64,000 nt of DNA from the NCBI RefSeq assembly GCF_006345805.1, contig NC_042999.1:8618001-8682000 (forward strand). The letters run 5' to 3'. The position numbers were made by a program, and so were the translations under genes. Shown in pieces: positions 24,284 to 35,779 of the stretch. The DNA comes from Octopus sinensis (lineage: Eukaryota). Numbering within the stretch: the first letter of the stretch is position 1; each line of letters opens with the position of its first letter. The notes beneath the pieces were generated by a model, which saw nothing but the letters and a program-made list of their open reading frames with translations, was not told where the DNA came from and did no database searches.

Positions 24284-24961
24284 AGAGAGGAAGAGGGAAA
24301 GAGAAAGATTCAAACTTTTATGGTGTTAATTCTCTTTATATGCCAAGGACATCTAAGCCTGATTCTCATAAAATCTGTTTACAACTCCTTACCTAACATA
24401 TTGCCATGTTGTCAAAAATTAAACTTGTAACATTGAAGAATTGTAACGAGAAATTCACAAGTTCATTGAATGGAAATCTATAAATTATCCAAGGATTGTA
24501 AAGAACCATTGAAATGGATTTCCCTGGAACGGTGAATTCTTGGCTTCTCAACCAGGAATTGAAACCGCAGCCTAAATTTTTCTATAACCTTCTTGACATT
24601 GTTCGCTGTAGTAGGTAATCGGAGATTTACGAACCATCTGTCAACTTCTTGACCATCTCGTGTCAAACCCTGTTCACCATAGATAAGCCAATATTAACGG
24701 GAAAAAGGAGGGGGCAAGACTTGACGTTTCGGATGTCAGTCATTCATCCGAAGAAAATATAGAAAGAAGAAACAAAAATGGTTAGAGAAAACGGAGAGAA
24801 GTGAATGAGGAAGTAAAACGAAAGATTTGAGGTAATCGCGGGAGATAAGGTAGAATGCAGAGAGCAGAGAAATATGAGGTTGGCATGAGAGTAAAAACTA
24901 TAAAATAAAAGCAATAAACAACTGAAAGAAGACAACAGAGGAGAGACATGCGCATTCAATT

Positions 24962-25350
24962 TCTTTTACTTGGTATTTATTTCAATCAGTAGACTGCGGC
25001 CATGCTGGGGCACCGCCTTGAAGAATTTTAGTCGAACGAATCGATTCCAGTATTTATTTTTTTAAACCTGATATTTATTCTACTGGTTTCTTTGTTGAAC
25101 CACTAAGGTTACGGGGACGTAAACACATCAACACCGGTTGTCAAGCATTGGTGAGGGAAATCACAGACACAGACACACACATACGTGTACAACAGGCTTC
25201 TTTCAGTTTCCGTATACCAAATCAACGCACGAGGTTTCGGTCGGCCCGAGGCTACAGAAGAAGACACTTACCCAAGGTGCTACGCAGTGAGACTGAACCC
25301 GGAACCATGTGGTTAGAAAAGAAGCTTCTTACACACAGCCCCGCCTGCCT
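24962..25350 (-). mobile_element. SINE family A, older diverged subfamily
   Basis: GACTGCGGCCATGCTGGGGCACCGCC...GACTGAACCCGGAACCATGTGG. Confidence 0.8.
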
Positions 25351-25468
25351 ACAAAATTTTCATTTTGAGTTACTTTCTTATATAATCTGCTACATTTTGA
25401 AAATTTCTCCTACATTATTTTTTTATAAAACTGATCTGGTAACAAAGGTTTGGTTTCTGAAAGATACG

Positions 25469-25855
25469 TGGAAGCACTCCGTCGGTTACGACCACGAGGG
25501 TTCCGGTTGATCCGAATCAATGGAACAGCCTGCTCGTGAAATTAACGTGTAAGTGGCTGAGCACTCCACAGGCACGTGTACCCTTAACGTAGTTCTCGGG
25601 GATATTCAGCGTGACACAGAGAGTGACAAGGCCGGCCCTTTGAAATACAGGTACAACAGAAATAGGAAGGAAAGAGTGAGAGAAAGTTGTGGTGAAAGAG
25701 TACAACAGGGATCACCACCATCCCCTGCCGGAGCCTCGTGGAGCTTTTAGGTGTTTTCGCTCAATAAACACTCACAACGCCCGGTCTGGGAATCGAAACC
25801 GAGATCCTATGACCGCGAGTCCGCTGCCCTAACCACTGGGCCATTGCGCCTCCAC
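25469..25855 (-). mobile_element. SINE family B, tail type 1
   Basis: 14-bp TSD TTCTGAAAGATACG at 25455-25468 and 25856-25869. Confidence 0.93.
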
Positions 25856-26208
25856 TTCTGAAAGATACGACACAACATCGGTCATGTCCACGATCGTTAA
25901 TATATAGAGTTAATCTCTTCCTTTACTCAATTTGACCAGCTAACCATATAAACCAACATTCATCATTGAAAGAAAAACGGACAGAGAGATCTAGAATTAG
26001 AATAACGACTCATAAATCTGTTCTGTTACATTTATTTAAATGTATTTCGAGAGAATCACTTTATTGCCCATGACTCTGGCTATCGAACAGTTCTCAATTC
26101 GTAACATAGTTTTCATCTGGATCTATCTATAGCGTCTGGTGTCGCACGGAACAGAAACATCTTACTCAGATGAAAATATATTTTTCATTTATTTCCTACT
26201 CTGAAACC

Positions 26209-26602
26209 GTGGAGGCGCAATGGCCCAGTGGTTAGGGCAGCGGACTCGCGGTCGTAGGATCGCGGTTTCGATTCCCAGACCGGGCGTTGTGAGTGTTTAT
26301 TGAGCGAAAACACCTAAAAGCTCCACGAGGCTCCGGCAGGGGATGGTGGTGATCCCTGCTGTTCTCTTTCACCACAACTTTCTCTAACTCTTACTTCCTG
26401 TTTCTGTTGTACCTGTATTTCAAAGGGCCGGTCTTGTCACTCTCTGTATCACGCTGAATATCCCCGAGAACTACGTTAAGGGTACACGTGTCTGTGGAGT
26501 GCTCAGCCACTTATACGTTAATTTCACGAGCAGGCTGTTCCGTTGATTCGGATCAACCGGAACCCTCGTGGTCGTAACCGACGGAGTGCTTCCAACCAAA
26601 AA
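26209..26602 (+). mobile_element. SINE family B, tail type 1
   Basis: 11-bp TSD ACTCTGAAACC at 26198-26208 and 26603-26613. Confidence 0.93.
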
Positions 26603-26689
26603 ACTCTGAAACCATCCTTCATAAAGTCCCCGTCTCCAGTACGTACGAGCTTTAGCCAAATGAATTTAAATTCCAATCAGGAATCACCA

Positions 26690-27120
26690 TAAGTTTTCAT
26701 CATTTACAGTTTGTTATGAGTTTTAAATCAAGTTAACTAATTTCTCATCACACTTGACTAACCAACTAAGTGGTTTTTGACAGTTACACCTATAAACAAC
26801 GAAATAATAATTTAAAAAAACTGATGATATATATATATATATAAGAGGGTTTTAAAATTAAGATATTTAAAAATTTTAAGTGCTGCAGTTATTAAATTTA
26901 AAAAAAAGTTAATTGTGAGAAATTCCTTCTATAAACATTAATCATTAAAAAATAAAGTGATGTGTGAAATAGATTAGGGCAAAGAAATCAATTTAAATTA
27001 ATGTGTCGAATGAAAAGGAGAGGTGGTTTTCTTTTTAGTTTTGTCATTGATGGCCTCATTTTACTTGTGGTTTAATATAATTGCCGTTAGTTTACACTAC
27101 AAAATGTGTTCTGATAGGAG
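26690..27120 (+). repeat. Old unclassified interspersed repeat, copy 2
   Basis: Diverged match to 13560-14000. Confidence 0.6.
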
Positions 27121-27493
27121 AGGCAGCCAAAGTAAAAAGCATACACGAAGACAAAGAAAGAAATGTAGATGATGACGATGGTTGGTGAGGAGAGTTTAGC
27201 TTCGTCAGTTAACTTATCTAGTGCAAGTGAAAGGATAAAATCAACTCACAAGATGCCGCCAAATGTATTGTGACAGTGAGAGCACCCTGCCGCTAAGCTA
27301 TGCTAAGAAAAGGAATTTACGAACCATTAACACTGGATAATTTTGCCAATGATTCAAGTGTTTCAATGGTGCCTGGGTTTTTATTGTATACTAAACAATG
27401 AAGGATAAGGACTAGACAACACGAGATCTGCCAAAACCTTGCCGATTGCAGATGTGGCCAGCAATAAATCCTGCGTGAATCAATACTAATTTT

Positions 27494-27687
27494 CTTACTC
27501 TTTTACTTGTTTCAGTCATGTGACTGTGGCCATGATGGAGCACCGCCTTTAGTCGCGCAAATCGCCCCCAGGACTTATTCTTTGTAAGTCTAGTACCTAT
27601 TCTATCGGTCTCTTTTGCCAAACCATTAAGTTACGGGGACGTAAACACACCAGCATCGGTTGTCAAGCGATGTTGGGGGGACAAACA

Positions 27688-27753
<66 letters not shown>

Positions 27754-27824
27754 TATATACGACGGGCTTTCAGTTTTCGTCTACCAAATCCACTCACAAG
27801 GCTTTAGTGGGCCTGAGGTGCCAC
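27494..27824 (-). mobile_element. SINE family A, 5'-truncated
   Basis: 3' module, (CA)n and part of the left module. Confidence 0.85.
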
Positions 27825-28336
27825 ATACTATACACGAAGCAATGTTATCTAACCAAGATTCAGAGCCGGATTAAGACCCCATAAAGGCCCTAAACACTTA
27901 AAAGATTTTGTCGCCCCCATGTATATGTAATTCAAAATATAAACAATAAGAAACTATAAAATAAATTTATATTTTATCAAAATGAAACAAAACTCGCAGT
28001 AAGATTGACCATAATGCTTATTTTTGTATGTATCTACTTTATTTATATTCGAAAAGTTTTCTCCTACTATTTTTAATTGCAAAGTCTTTGAGCAGATCCT
28101 CAAAATTAATCTTATGTAACACCTCTTTATATTTAGTTGTGATAAGGCAAGCTAAAAGTGATTTCTTTTTTACCGTAAACCATTTACCATTTCTGTGGTT
28201 CCCGCCCTCTTAATGCCCTGAGTACGTGCTTAGTTTGCGTATTGGTTAATCTAGCACTGCTAAGAGTATGTCACCTTATCATCACGTGCACTCAAAGAGA
28301 TGTAGTATTTAAGTGCACATCAGAAATCTCATCTAA

Positions 28337-28705
28337 TCTCTCTATATATAAACGGCAAAATGTCTGTCTGTGTGTGTGTCCTTTATACAAATCCACAATA
28401 TTTCAGTTAGAGGGCTCGAACTTTCTATGGCCATTTAAAACTGTTTGAGGGTGATCGTGCACATCTTTACATTTCCCCAGACACCCCGCAAAGCCATTAA
28501 AAAATCAATAGAAGTGACTTTTTTTGTGAATTTTCTATCCAAAACCCAATCAAAACGCCCGAAACTTGATACCCCAATTGAATGCCAGCTAGTTGTATGT
28601 GATTGGCCGGAGATTTGGACCGTACTCGCGTGTATGTGCGCACGCACGCAGCTGTATATGCATGCATTAGCACTATGACCCGGCGTTACCGGGTCATAGT
28701 GCTAG
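28337..28705 (+). mobile_element. Non-autonomous Helitron
   Basis: A|TC start (TCTCTCTATATATAAA), CTAG|T end, and a perfect 16-bp-stem hairpin at 28668-28704. Confidence 0.8.
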
Positions 28706-29158
28706 TTAGGGATAAAACACTCCCGACCCTGTTGGTGGAGGTATCTAGGTTGAGCGGAGGATAATTAAACTTGGTTGTATTCCTTGGAGTAAAGGAGCGT
28801 TTACGTATATCAACGTCTCACTAAATTCACTCTACTCCAATGCTCCGTTGCAATGAGGGGCAACTGTGATGCAGATATCAATGTCAAGCGGGTGAATCAG
28901 AGATTGTGGCGACCGATCCCACTCACTAAATTCCTGTCCCTGCGGAGATTGCAATTCATATGAATATACATATGTAAGTGCACGCGCGCGCGTTTATATA
29001 TTTCTCTGGTCGAACAATTTTACATGGACGTAAACAAAGCAACACTGGCTGTCAAGCAGTGTTGAGTAACAAACACAAATACAGATACACATATAAAGAA
29101 ACATATACATGCATACCAATATGAATATATGTATGTATGTATGTATGTATTGTATATA

Positions 29159-29700
29159 TCTCTTATTATAAAAGGCAGATTTTATCTGCCTCCCTTTGTA
29201 ACTTATAGAAATCTACAATATAGGATTTCTTCAATTACAATTTACCTAGCATTTTTAAGAGTAGAATGCATCGGGTCATGCCAGGTCCAGTTTTTAAAAT
29301 TTAAACTCCAATTAAGCAAAATTTACAGAAAACTCACATTCTGGTGTGTATGTCAAATGTTTTTCTTAATGTGGTTTAAACCACACGCAAACGCACACAC
29401 ACACAAAGGGAGCGAATTGTTTCACTGACGCTATCACCCTTCTCCTCCTTTGTCTTTGCAAGTTTGCAGCTATTAAAGTGAAAACAGTGAATCCGACAGC
29501 GATAAAGAAAACGAATTGGTACCTGAATGGAGTGAAAATTTAAAAACTGTTTCTTTCGGTGATTTTTCTGAAGAAACTGCACCAAGCCACAGACTTTCCC
29601 AGAAGAGTAAAGCCTTAGACTATTTCTATTTACTTTTTCGCTAAACGTAAACAAAACGAAAGAAAGGATAGTTTGTTATTTCCCACAACCTTAAATAAAA
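29159..29700 (+). mobile_element. Possible 5' part of another non-autonomous Helitron
   Basis: A|TCTCTTATTATAAAA start with a subterminal hairpin GGCAGAT-TTT-ATCTGCC; no 3' end found. Confidence 0.35.
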
Positions 29701-30202
29701 TTAAGGCCTATTTTGCCATAAATATTATTATGGGTATCAGAAAGTTACCCAGAATAACAAATTCTATCGTAAAATTTTGTTGTATACCCAATTGAATATT
29801 AGCTAATAACCCATTTTCTATAGCGATGTTTGAACAAAATTTTAATAATTTTATATTTTGTTGAATTTACCTGTATCTACCTGCAATTAGAGTTACTTTG
29901 TGACAAAAATTATAGTATAGAATTGGTTGAGGACATTTCATTAAATTATCTTCCAAAATTCACGTTAATATATTGATAAATAAAAAAGTTATTGTTGTTT
30001 AATGAAACCAGACTAAATTTATGATTACGTTAGAAATTAATTGAAACACATAAGGGGTGTATTTTGGTCAGAAATATAGTAACGAAAGGGTTAAGAAAAA
30101 CCAAAAAATATTTTATTCTTTATAAATGTTGTATTCAAAATAACATTTTCTTTTAAAAATGTGTATATAACAAAGTATGTGTATATAACTACGTGACTTA
30201 TA

Positions 30203-30597
30203 TCTTTATATATAAGAGTGAAGTTGTGTGTCTGTCTCCTACGATTTAGATTCCTAACTACTCCCACATTTTGCGGTGCAGTGTAACCAAAACCGGGTAT
30301 CTTATAGTCGTGAGTCATATCGAGCCCTTCTGGGTATTAGCGCGCGTCTACGATGAGTCTACGATTTAAAAAAATTTACCATCATATTTTTCCATTTTAA
30401 TGCATTTTTTCGCTATTATATAAGGGAAGTAACTCTCTAAAAATATCTACGATGTGTCAACGATTTAAAATGAAATTTACCTTAATTTTTTTTCCATTTT
30501 TAATGCATTTTTTGCTATTTTTTGGCTATAACTCTCTAAAAATGCTTATATAGTTATTTCCCTTACAAACCCGAGCAACGCCGGGCGATTCTGCTAG
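30203..30597 (+). mobile_element. Non-autonomous Helitron, family H2 copy 1
   Basis: A|TC start; hairpin CCCGAGCAACGCCGGG at 30570-30585; CTAG|T end. Confidence 0.88.
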
Positions 30598-30621
30598 TAT
30601 ATATATATTTATATATATATA

Positions 30622-30836
30622 TATAATCAAAATAAGCAACAAGGATATCCAAGGTAGTGTAGTACAATCGTTTCATGCTACTTCATTTTATCAAACAATG
30701 TAAGTATTACATCAGTTTTAAAATGTAGAGCAATCTTCAGCCACATATAGAATTTTTTGATTAATTAGACAATGTACATTTTTATACTTATTGTACTACA
30801 CTACCTTGGATATCCTTGTTGCTTATTTTGATTATA
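30622..30836. mobile_element. MITE-like element with perfect 47-bp inverted arms; probably a Penelope-like or retrozyme remnant
   Basis: 30622-30668 is the exact reverse complement of 30790-30836; the element contains a hammerhead motif. Confidence 0.75.
30658..30745 (-). ncRNA. Type I hammerhead-ribozyme-like motif
   Basis: TGTGG-CTGAAGA-[long stem II]-GAAA-C-GATT-GTA|CTACA. Stem I is 5 bp with one G.U, stem III is 2 bp with a GATT loop, and the triplet is GUA. Position 10.1-11.1 is U.U rather than G-C. Confidence 0.6.
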
Positions 30837-30955
30837 ATCACCCCATTTGATTTATATGGATAATACCATACCAAATTCTGGTGCCTTTAATCTCTGGTAC
30901 CATATTCATCTGAATCTAAGTTTTGCTGAACTTATAATATCATATATATATATAT

Positions 30956-30988
<33 letters not shown>

Positions 30989-31383
30989 CTAGCAGTATCG
31001 CCCGGCGTTGCTCGGGTTTGTAAGGGAAATAACTATATAAGCATTTTTAGAGAGTTATAGCCAAAATATAGCAAAAAATGCATTAAAAATGGAAAACAAA
31101 TGATGGTAAATTTTTTTTAAATCGTTGACTCATCGTAGACATTTTTAGAGAGTTACTTCCCTTATATAATAGTGAAAAAATGCATAAAAATGCAAAAAAA
31201 TGATGGTAAATTTTCTTTTAAATCGTAGACTCATCGTAGACGCGCGCTAATACGCAGAAGGGATCGATATGAATCACGACTATAAGAAACCCGCTTTTGG
31301 TTAAACTGCACCGCAAAATGTGGGAGTAGTTAGGAATCTAAATCGTAGGAGATAGACACACAACTTCTCTTTTATATATAAAG

Positions 31384-31384
<1 letters not shown>
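30989..31384 (-). mobile_element. Non-autonomous Helitron, family H2 copy 2 (inverted relative to copy 1)
   Basis: CTAG at 30989-30992; reverse complement of 30203-30597 with scattered differences. Confidence 0.88.
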
Positions 31385-31416
<32 letters not shown>

Positions 31417-33300
31417 CTAGCAAACTGGCCCGTCCTTTGGACGGTGTAATTTATTATAACGGTGCACTCCTTTGGACGGATTAAGTTGCATTATCCCGCA
31501 GTTAGACGTCGTTTCAAGTGGATAAACGTAAAATGTATAATTACCAATGTCGTTAGCAGTTTATTATATGGCATGAATAATATAGCTAATGAGTAAAAAA
31601 AAATGTGAACACAAATTTGGCAGTTAGAAATAAATGAAAGTCCATGAAATGAGGTCGTAATTGCAGTAGGCATTAGGGATCCTATATCTTACCTGAAGCG
31701 TTTTGTAACAAGTAGTTATTATACACGTTATGCCTGACACAACCGCATCGAAACTTTTTTCAATGAAAGCCATGTATGATAAACAAAAGGAAATATTTAT
31801 AGCAAACACACAAATAGAATAATGGCATGTACAAAAATAAGTGTCAGAGCACTCTTATATGCGAACAGCGTGTGTGAAGTAAGAAGGATCATTTAAGGTA
31901 ATGTACTTTTAACAGCAATCGTGGATATGAAGAAAAATATCAATGAAATGCTTGAAGAAAGTCTCATTGCTATCGGCTACAGTTTGGCGTAGATGTGAAG
32001 ATTGCAGTAGAGGAAAAACTACTGTAGGGTTGCTTTGCAGACAACATTTTTTGGTTTTCCTTCAGGATCGTAGATGAATAAGTTGTCTGGATGGCCAACT
32101 CTGGAACAACTGACGTAGAACCGTCCATGTGAAAGGCGTGACGTTCGAAGGTCTAATCCAACAACTTTCAGCGATTGACCTTGTGCTTTGTTAATTGTCA
32201 TGGCGAAGCTGAGTTTGAGAGAGGGAACTGAAGTCTGCGCATACGATAGGAGCAGTCTGTTGGGGTTAGTGAAAGATTTTGGAATAAAAACGGTATTGCT
32301 TTTGCCGTGTCCCGTAATAATTTGGGCTTCCGTGACGTGGTCCATCATTTGTTTGATCACAAAGCTAGTTCCATTGCATGGGCCTGGGTGCATTTAGATT
32401 CTCTCTCGTTTTTACTCTTTTTATTTGTTTCAGTCATTTTTGACTGCGGCCATGCTGGTGCACTGCCTTTAATCGAGCAACTCGACCCCGGGACTTATTC
32501 TTTGTAAGCCCAGTACTTATTCTATCGGTGTCTTTTGCCGAACCGCTAAGTGACGGGGACATAAACACACCAGCATCGGTTGTCAAGCAGTGCTAGGGAC
32601 ACAAACACAGACGCACGAACATACACGCACATACATATATATCCATATATACGACGGGCTTCTTTCAGTTTCCGTCTACCAAATCTACTCACAAGGCTTT
32701 GGTCGGCCCGAGGCTATAGTAAAAGACAGTTACCCAAGGTGCCACGCAGTGGGACTGAACCCGAAACCATGTCGTTGGTAAACAAGCTACTTACCACACA
32801 GCCACTCCTATTCCTATAGCCACTCCTGCGCCTATGGAGGAGTGTAGGAGGATGACAGGGCAGCCGCCTTTTAAGCGAAATTCGTGGGGAGGGAGTCCTG
32901 GAGGATGTTGGGAGTTGAGAAATTTTGTTGGAAAGTGTGTAATCTGATCGAAGTCGGTAACAGTGTCAGCTGATGCAATATGGATGATTTTTCTGAAGGC
33001 ATTTAAAAGAATAATTAAAAGTTGATTTAAGTTGCGTGACTACCCCAAGGAAGTGCTATTGTGCAAATATCGGCGTTTTGCAGTGAATGGGCATTGTAAA
33101 AACTGTAGCAGGAGACGAAGTGAAAGTAGCATAACTGCGTCATCGAGAGTAATGTTCCTTGAAGCAGGGATCGTTGGTATTTGTTATTTACCTATGAGAA
33201 GGAGTTTTCGGGCCCAACAGGCGGCATTATTCATTATGTGAAAAATTTGAAGAGTCTATGACCATTTCTGGAACATAAGTGATGTGTGTTCTCAGCGTGA
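31417..33300 (-). mobile_element. 3' part of an autonomous-type Helitron with a decayed PIF1-like helicase
   Basis: Minus-strand peptides WARKLLLIG, FPTKFLNSQHPPGLPPHEFRLKGGCPVILL, CNGT, FAMTINKAQGQSL and HGRFYVSCSRV; 3' hairpin CCGTCC-TTT-GGACGG at 31430-31444, 9 nt from CTAG at 31417-31420; interrupted by a SINE-A copy. Confidence 0.92.
32410..32835 (-). mobile_element. SINE family A inserted in the Helitron helicase
   Basis: Full A copy; the helicase motif LLRNL is split across it. Confidence 0.9.
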
Positions 33301-33549
33301 ACGAAAATGGATGAAAAATATTGATTTTTAAGGGGTGAACAAGGAAAATGCCTGCACACACGCACACACACACACACACACACACACCACACACACACAC
33401 ACACACATCTTCCGTTTTCTTATATATATATATAGATATAGATATTCCGTCTCATTAAACCATTATTGTCCCTGAAAATTGTTATTTATATTTACTACGG
33501 ATTGCTTGAAGCTAACTTTCTTCCTACACCTTGATTCCTGGATCTTATA

Positions 33550-33586
<37 letters not shown>

Positions 33587-33664
33587 TTAGAGACAATTAT
33601 ATATAATTATATATATACATATATATGTATGTATGTGTGCGTGTGTGTGTGTGCGCGCGCGCGT

Positions 33665-33815
33665 ACTGCGGGGTTCCGTCAATCAAATTCACTAACAAGG
33701 GATAGTTCGGTCCAGGATAGAACAAGATAGTTGACCAACCAAATTGCTGCGAGATGGGACTGAACTCGAAACCATGCGGTCGCAAAGCAAGCACCTTAAC
33801 CACACAGCCATGACA
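33665..33815 (-). mobile_element. Old SINE family-A left module
   Basis: GGGACTGAACTCGAAACCATGCGG..CTTAACCACACAGCCA. Confidence 0.6.
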
Positions 33816-34078
33816 GCAAATAGATTGGACCATTTTCACTAGAATTTCTGAGAGAATGGTAATCTGCGAGGTGCAGGTCTTTTCCGAGGTGATGACAAAA
33901 GTTTAAAATAGTCTCAGGTGTGAAGAAAGGAATCTAGAAGTGTGACCTAGATCGTGTCTCTGCTGCTGCTTGTTTATCGGAGCTTACCAAAAGGAAAAGG
34001 TAAACAACAAGGTTGAAATAAATCATGTCGGAACACGTCTTTGAATAGAAAGAACTTTTCTCATTAGAGGAGAGGGGA

Positions 34079-34113
<35 letters not shown>

Positions 34114-34186
34114 AAGAGAGAGAGAGAGAGAGAGAGAAATAGATAGAAACAAGCTATGGGGCATGGTTGTTCTTATTATGGCATTG

Positions 34187-35560
34187 GCGAAGGTGGTGAG
34201 CTTGCAAAATCGCTAACACGTGTTACAAACTCTAGCATTTTGAGTTCAAATTCGTCTGAGGTCACTGTACCTTAACTTTTTTTTTTCTTTCGGGGTCAAT
34301 AAAATACCTTTCCCTCTGAAAATTGAGAGTGAAGTAAACGATTAGCCCTTCCCCTCTAAATTGCTGGTTTGTGCCACAATTAAAAAGAAATATTATTAAG
34401 GTCGTGAACCGGCGCGACGGACAAAATGCTTAGTAGCATTTCTTCCGGCTCTTTATGTTCTGAGTTCAAATCTAGCCGAGGTTAAATTTCTTTTTCATTC
34501 TTTCGGGATTGATAAAATAAATACCAGTCAAGTACGGGGGGGGGGTCAATGTAATAGACTTACACCCCACCCCAATAAAATGACTGGCCTTGTGCCAAAA
34601 TTTGAAATTATTATTATTGAGGGATTCATCAAGGTGGCGAGATGGCCGAATAGTTAGCGCGCCGGACAAAATGCTTAGCGGTATTTCATCGGTCGTTACG
34701 TTCTGAGTTCAAATTCCGCCCAGGTCGACTTTGCCTTTCATCCTTTCGGGGTCGATTAAATAAGTACCAGTTACGCACTGGGGGCGATATAATCGACTTA
34801 ATCCGTTTGTCTGTCCTTGTTTGTCCCTTCTGTGTTTAGCCCCTTGTGGGTAGTAAAGAAATAGGTATTTCGCCTGCCGCTACGTTCTGAGTTCTAATTC
34901 CGTCGAAGTCAACTTTGCCTTTCATCTTTTCGGTATCGATGAGGTAAGTAGCAGTTGAGTACTGGAATCGATTCACTTGATTTGCCCGCTCCACCAAAAT
35001 TGCTAAAAGTGTTGCACCACAATTTGAAACCCTAATTATTGAGGGAATCAAAGGTTGTTAACTAGCAGAACCTTTAGAGTGTCGAAAAAACAATTTCGTT
35101 TAGCATTCTATGTACAGAGTTCATATCCCGCTGAGATCAACTTTATATCTCATCCCTCCGATAGCGACGAAATAACATACCCGTTTTATATTGGGAGCAT
35201 CGATGATTTCGACTGACGCTTTCCCTCGAAATTAGTAGTCTAAATCAGACACATTTTACGACGATCACCGAATCAGCCCTCATCGAATAGATTTATGTTA
35301 AAACGTATCGTAACCATTTGTAAGACCTTGGGTTATATAATCCAGTGAGTCTTTGGCGAGCTGGCAGAATCGTTAACACACCGGGCGAAATGCGTAGCCG
35401 TATTTCGTCTGCCGTTACGTTCTGAGTTCAAATTCCGCCGAGGTCGACTTTGCCTTTCATCCTTTCAGGGTCGATAAATAAAGTACCAGTTTCGCACTGG
35501 GTCGATGTAATCGACTTAATCCATTTGTCTTCCCTTGTTTGTCCCCTCTGTGTAAAGAAA
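34187..35560 (+). mobile_element. Chain of five family-C SINEs on the plus strand
   Basis: Heads near 34187, 34397, 34631, 35050 and 35355; most carry a GAGTTC(A)AATTC B box. Confidence 0.8.
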
Positions 35561-35779
35561 TATATACGACTTTAGGGTTTAGTTTCGACGATATTGGCAG
35601 AGTCATTAGATCATCGGAATGATTTACTGTATTTTTTCCGACTGACTGCGCTCTACGTTCGAATCTCACTAGGGTAATGTTTGCTTTTTCTCCTTTTGGG
35701 AGCCGATTAAAAAACAGAAAGTACCAATCGAAATGGTTAAGACGTAAAAACGCTGGTTCCGGTGCCTGGCCATATTCTG

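Noticed and set aside
24478-24666. 62-aa minus-strand ORF as a Penelope GIY-YIG remnant
   Set aside because: No GIY/YIG or RT motif recognisable in any frame.
26209-26290. tRNA gene calls for the SINE heads (families A, B, C, E)
   Set aside because: A and B boxes are present, but there is no complete cloverleaf or acceptor stem, and each runs into a repeated body with TSDs.
27862-28220. hAT-like MITE (CAGAGCCGGATTAAG ... CTTAATGCCCTG)
   Set aside because: The right end is only partly complementary and there is no 8-bp TSD; insufficient support.
30050-30094. piggyBac-like end AAAGGG|TTAA
   Set aside because: No matching left end found upstream, so the element could not be delimited.
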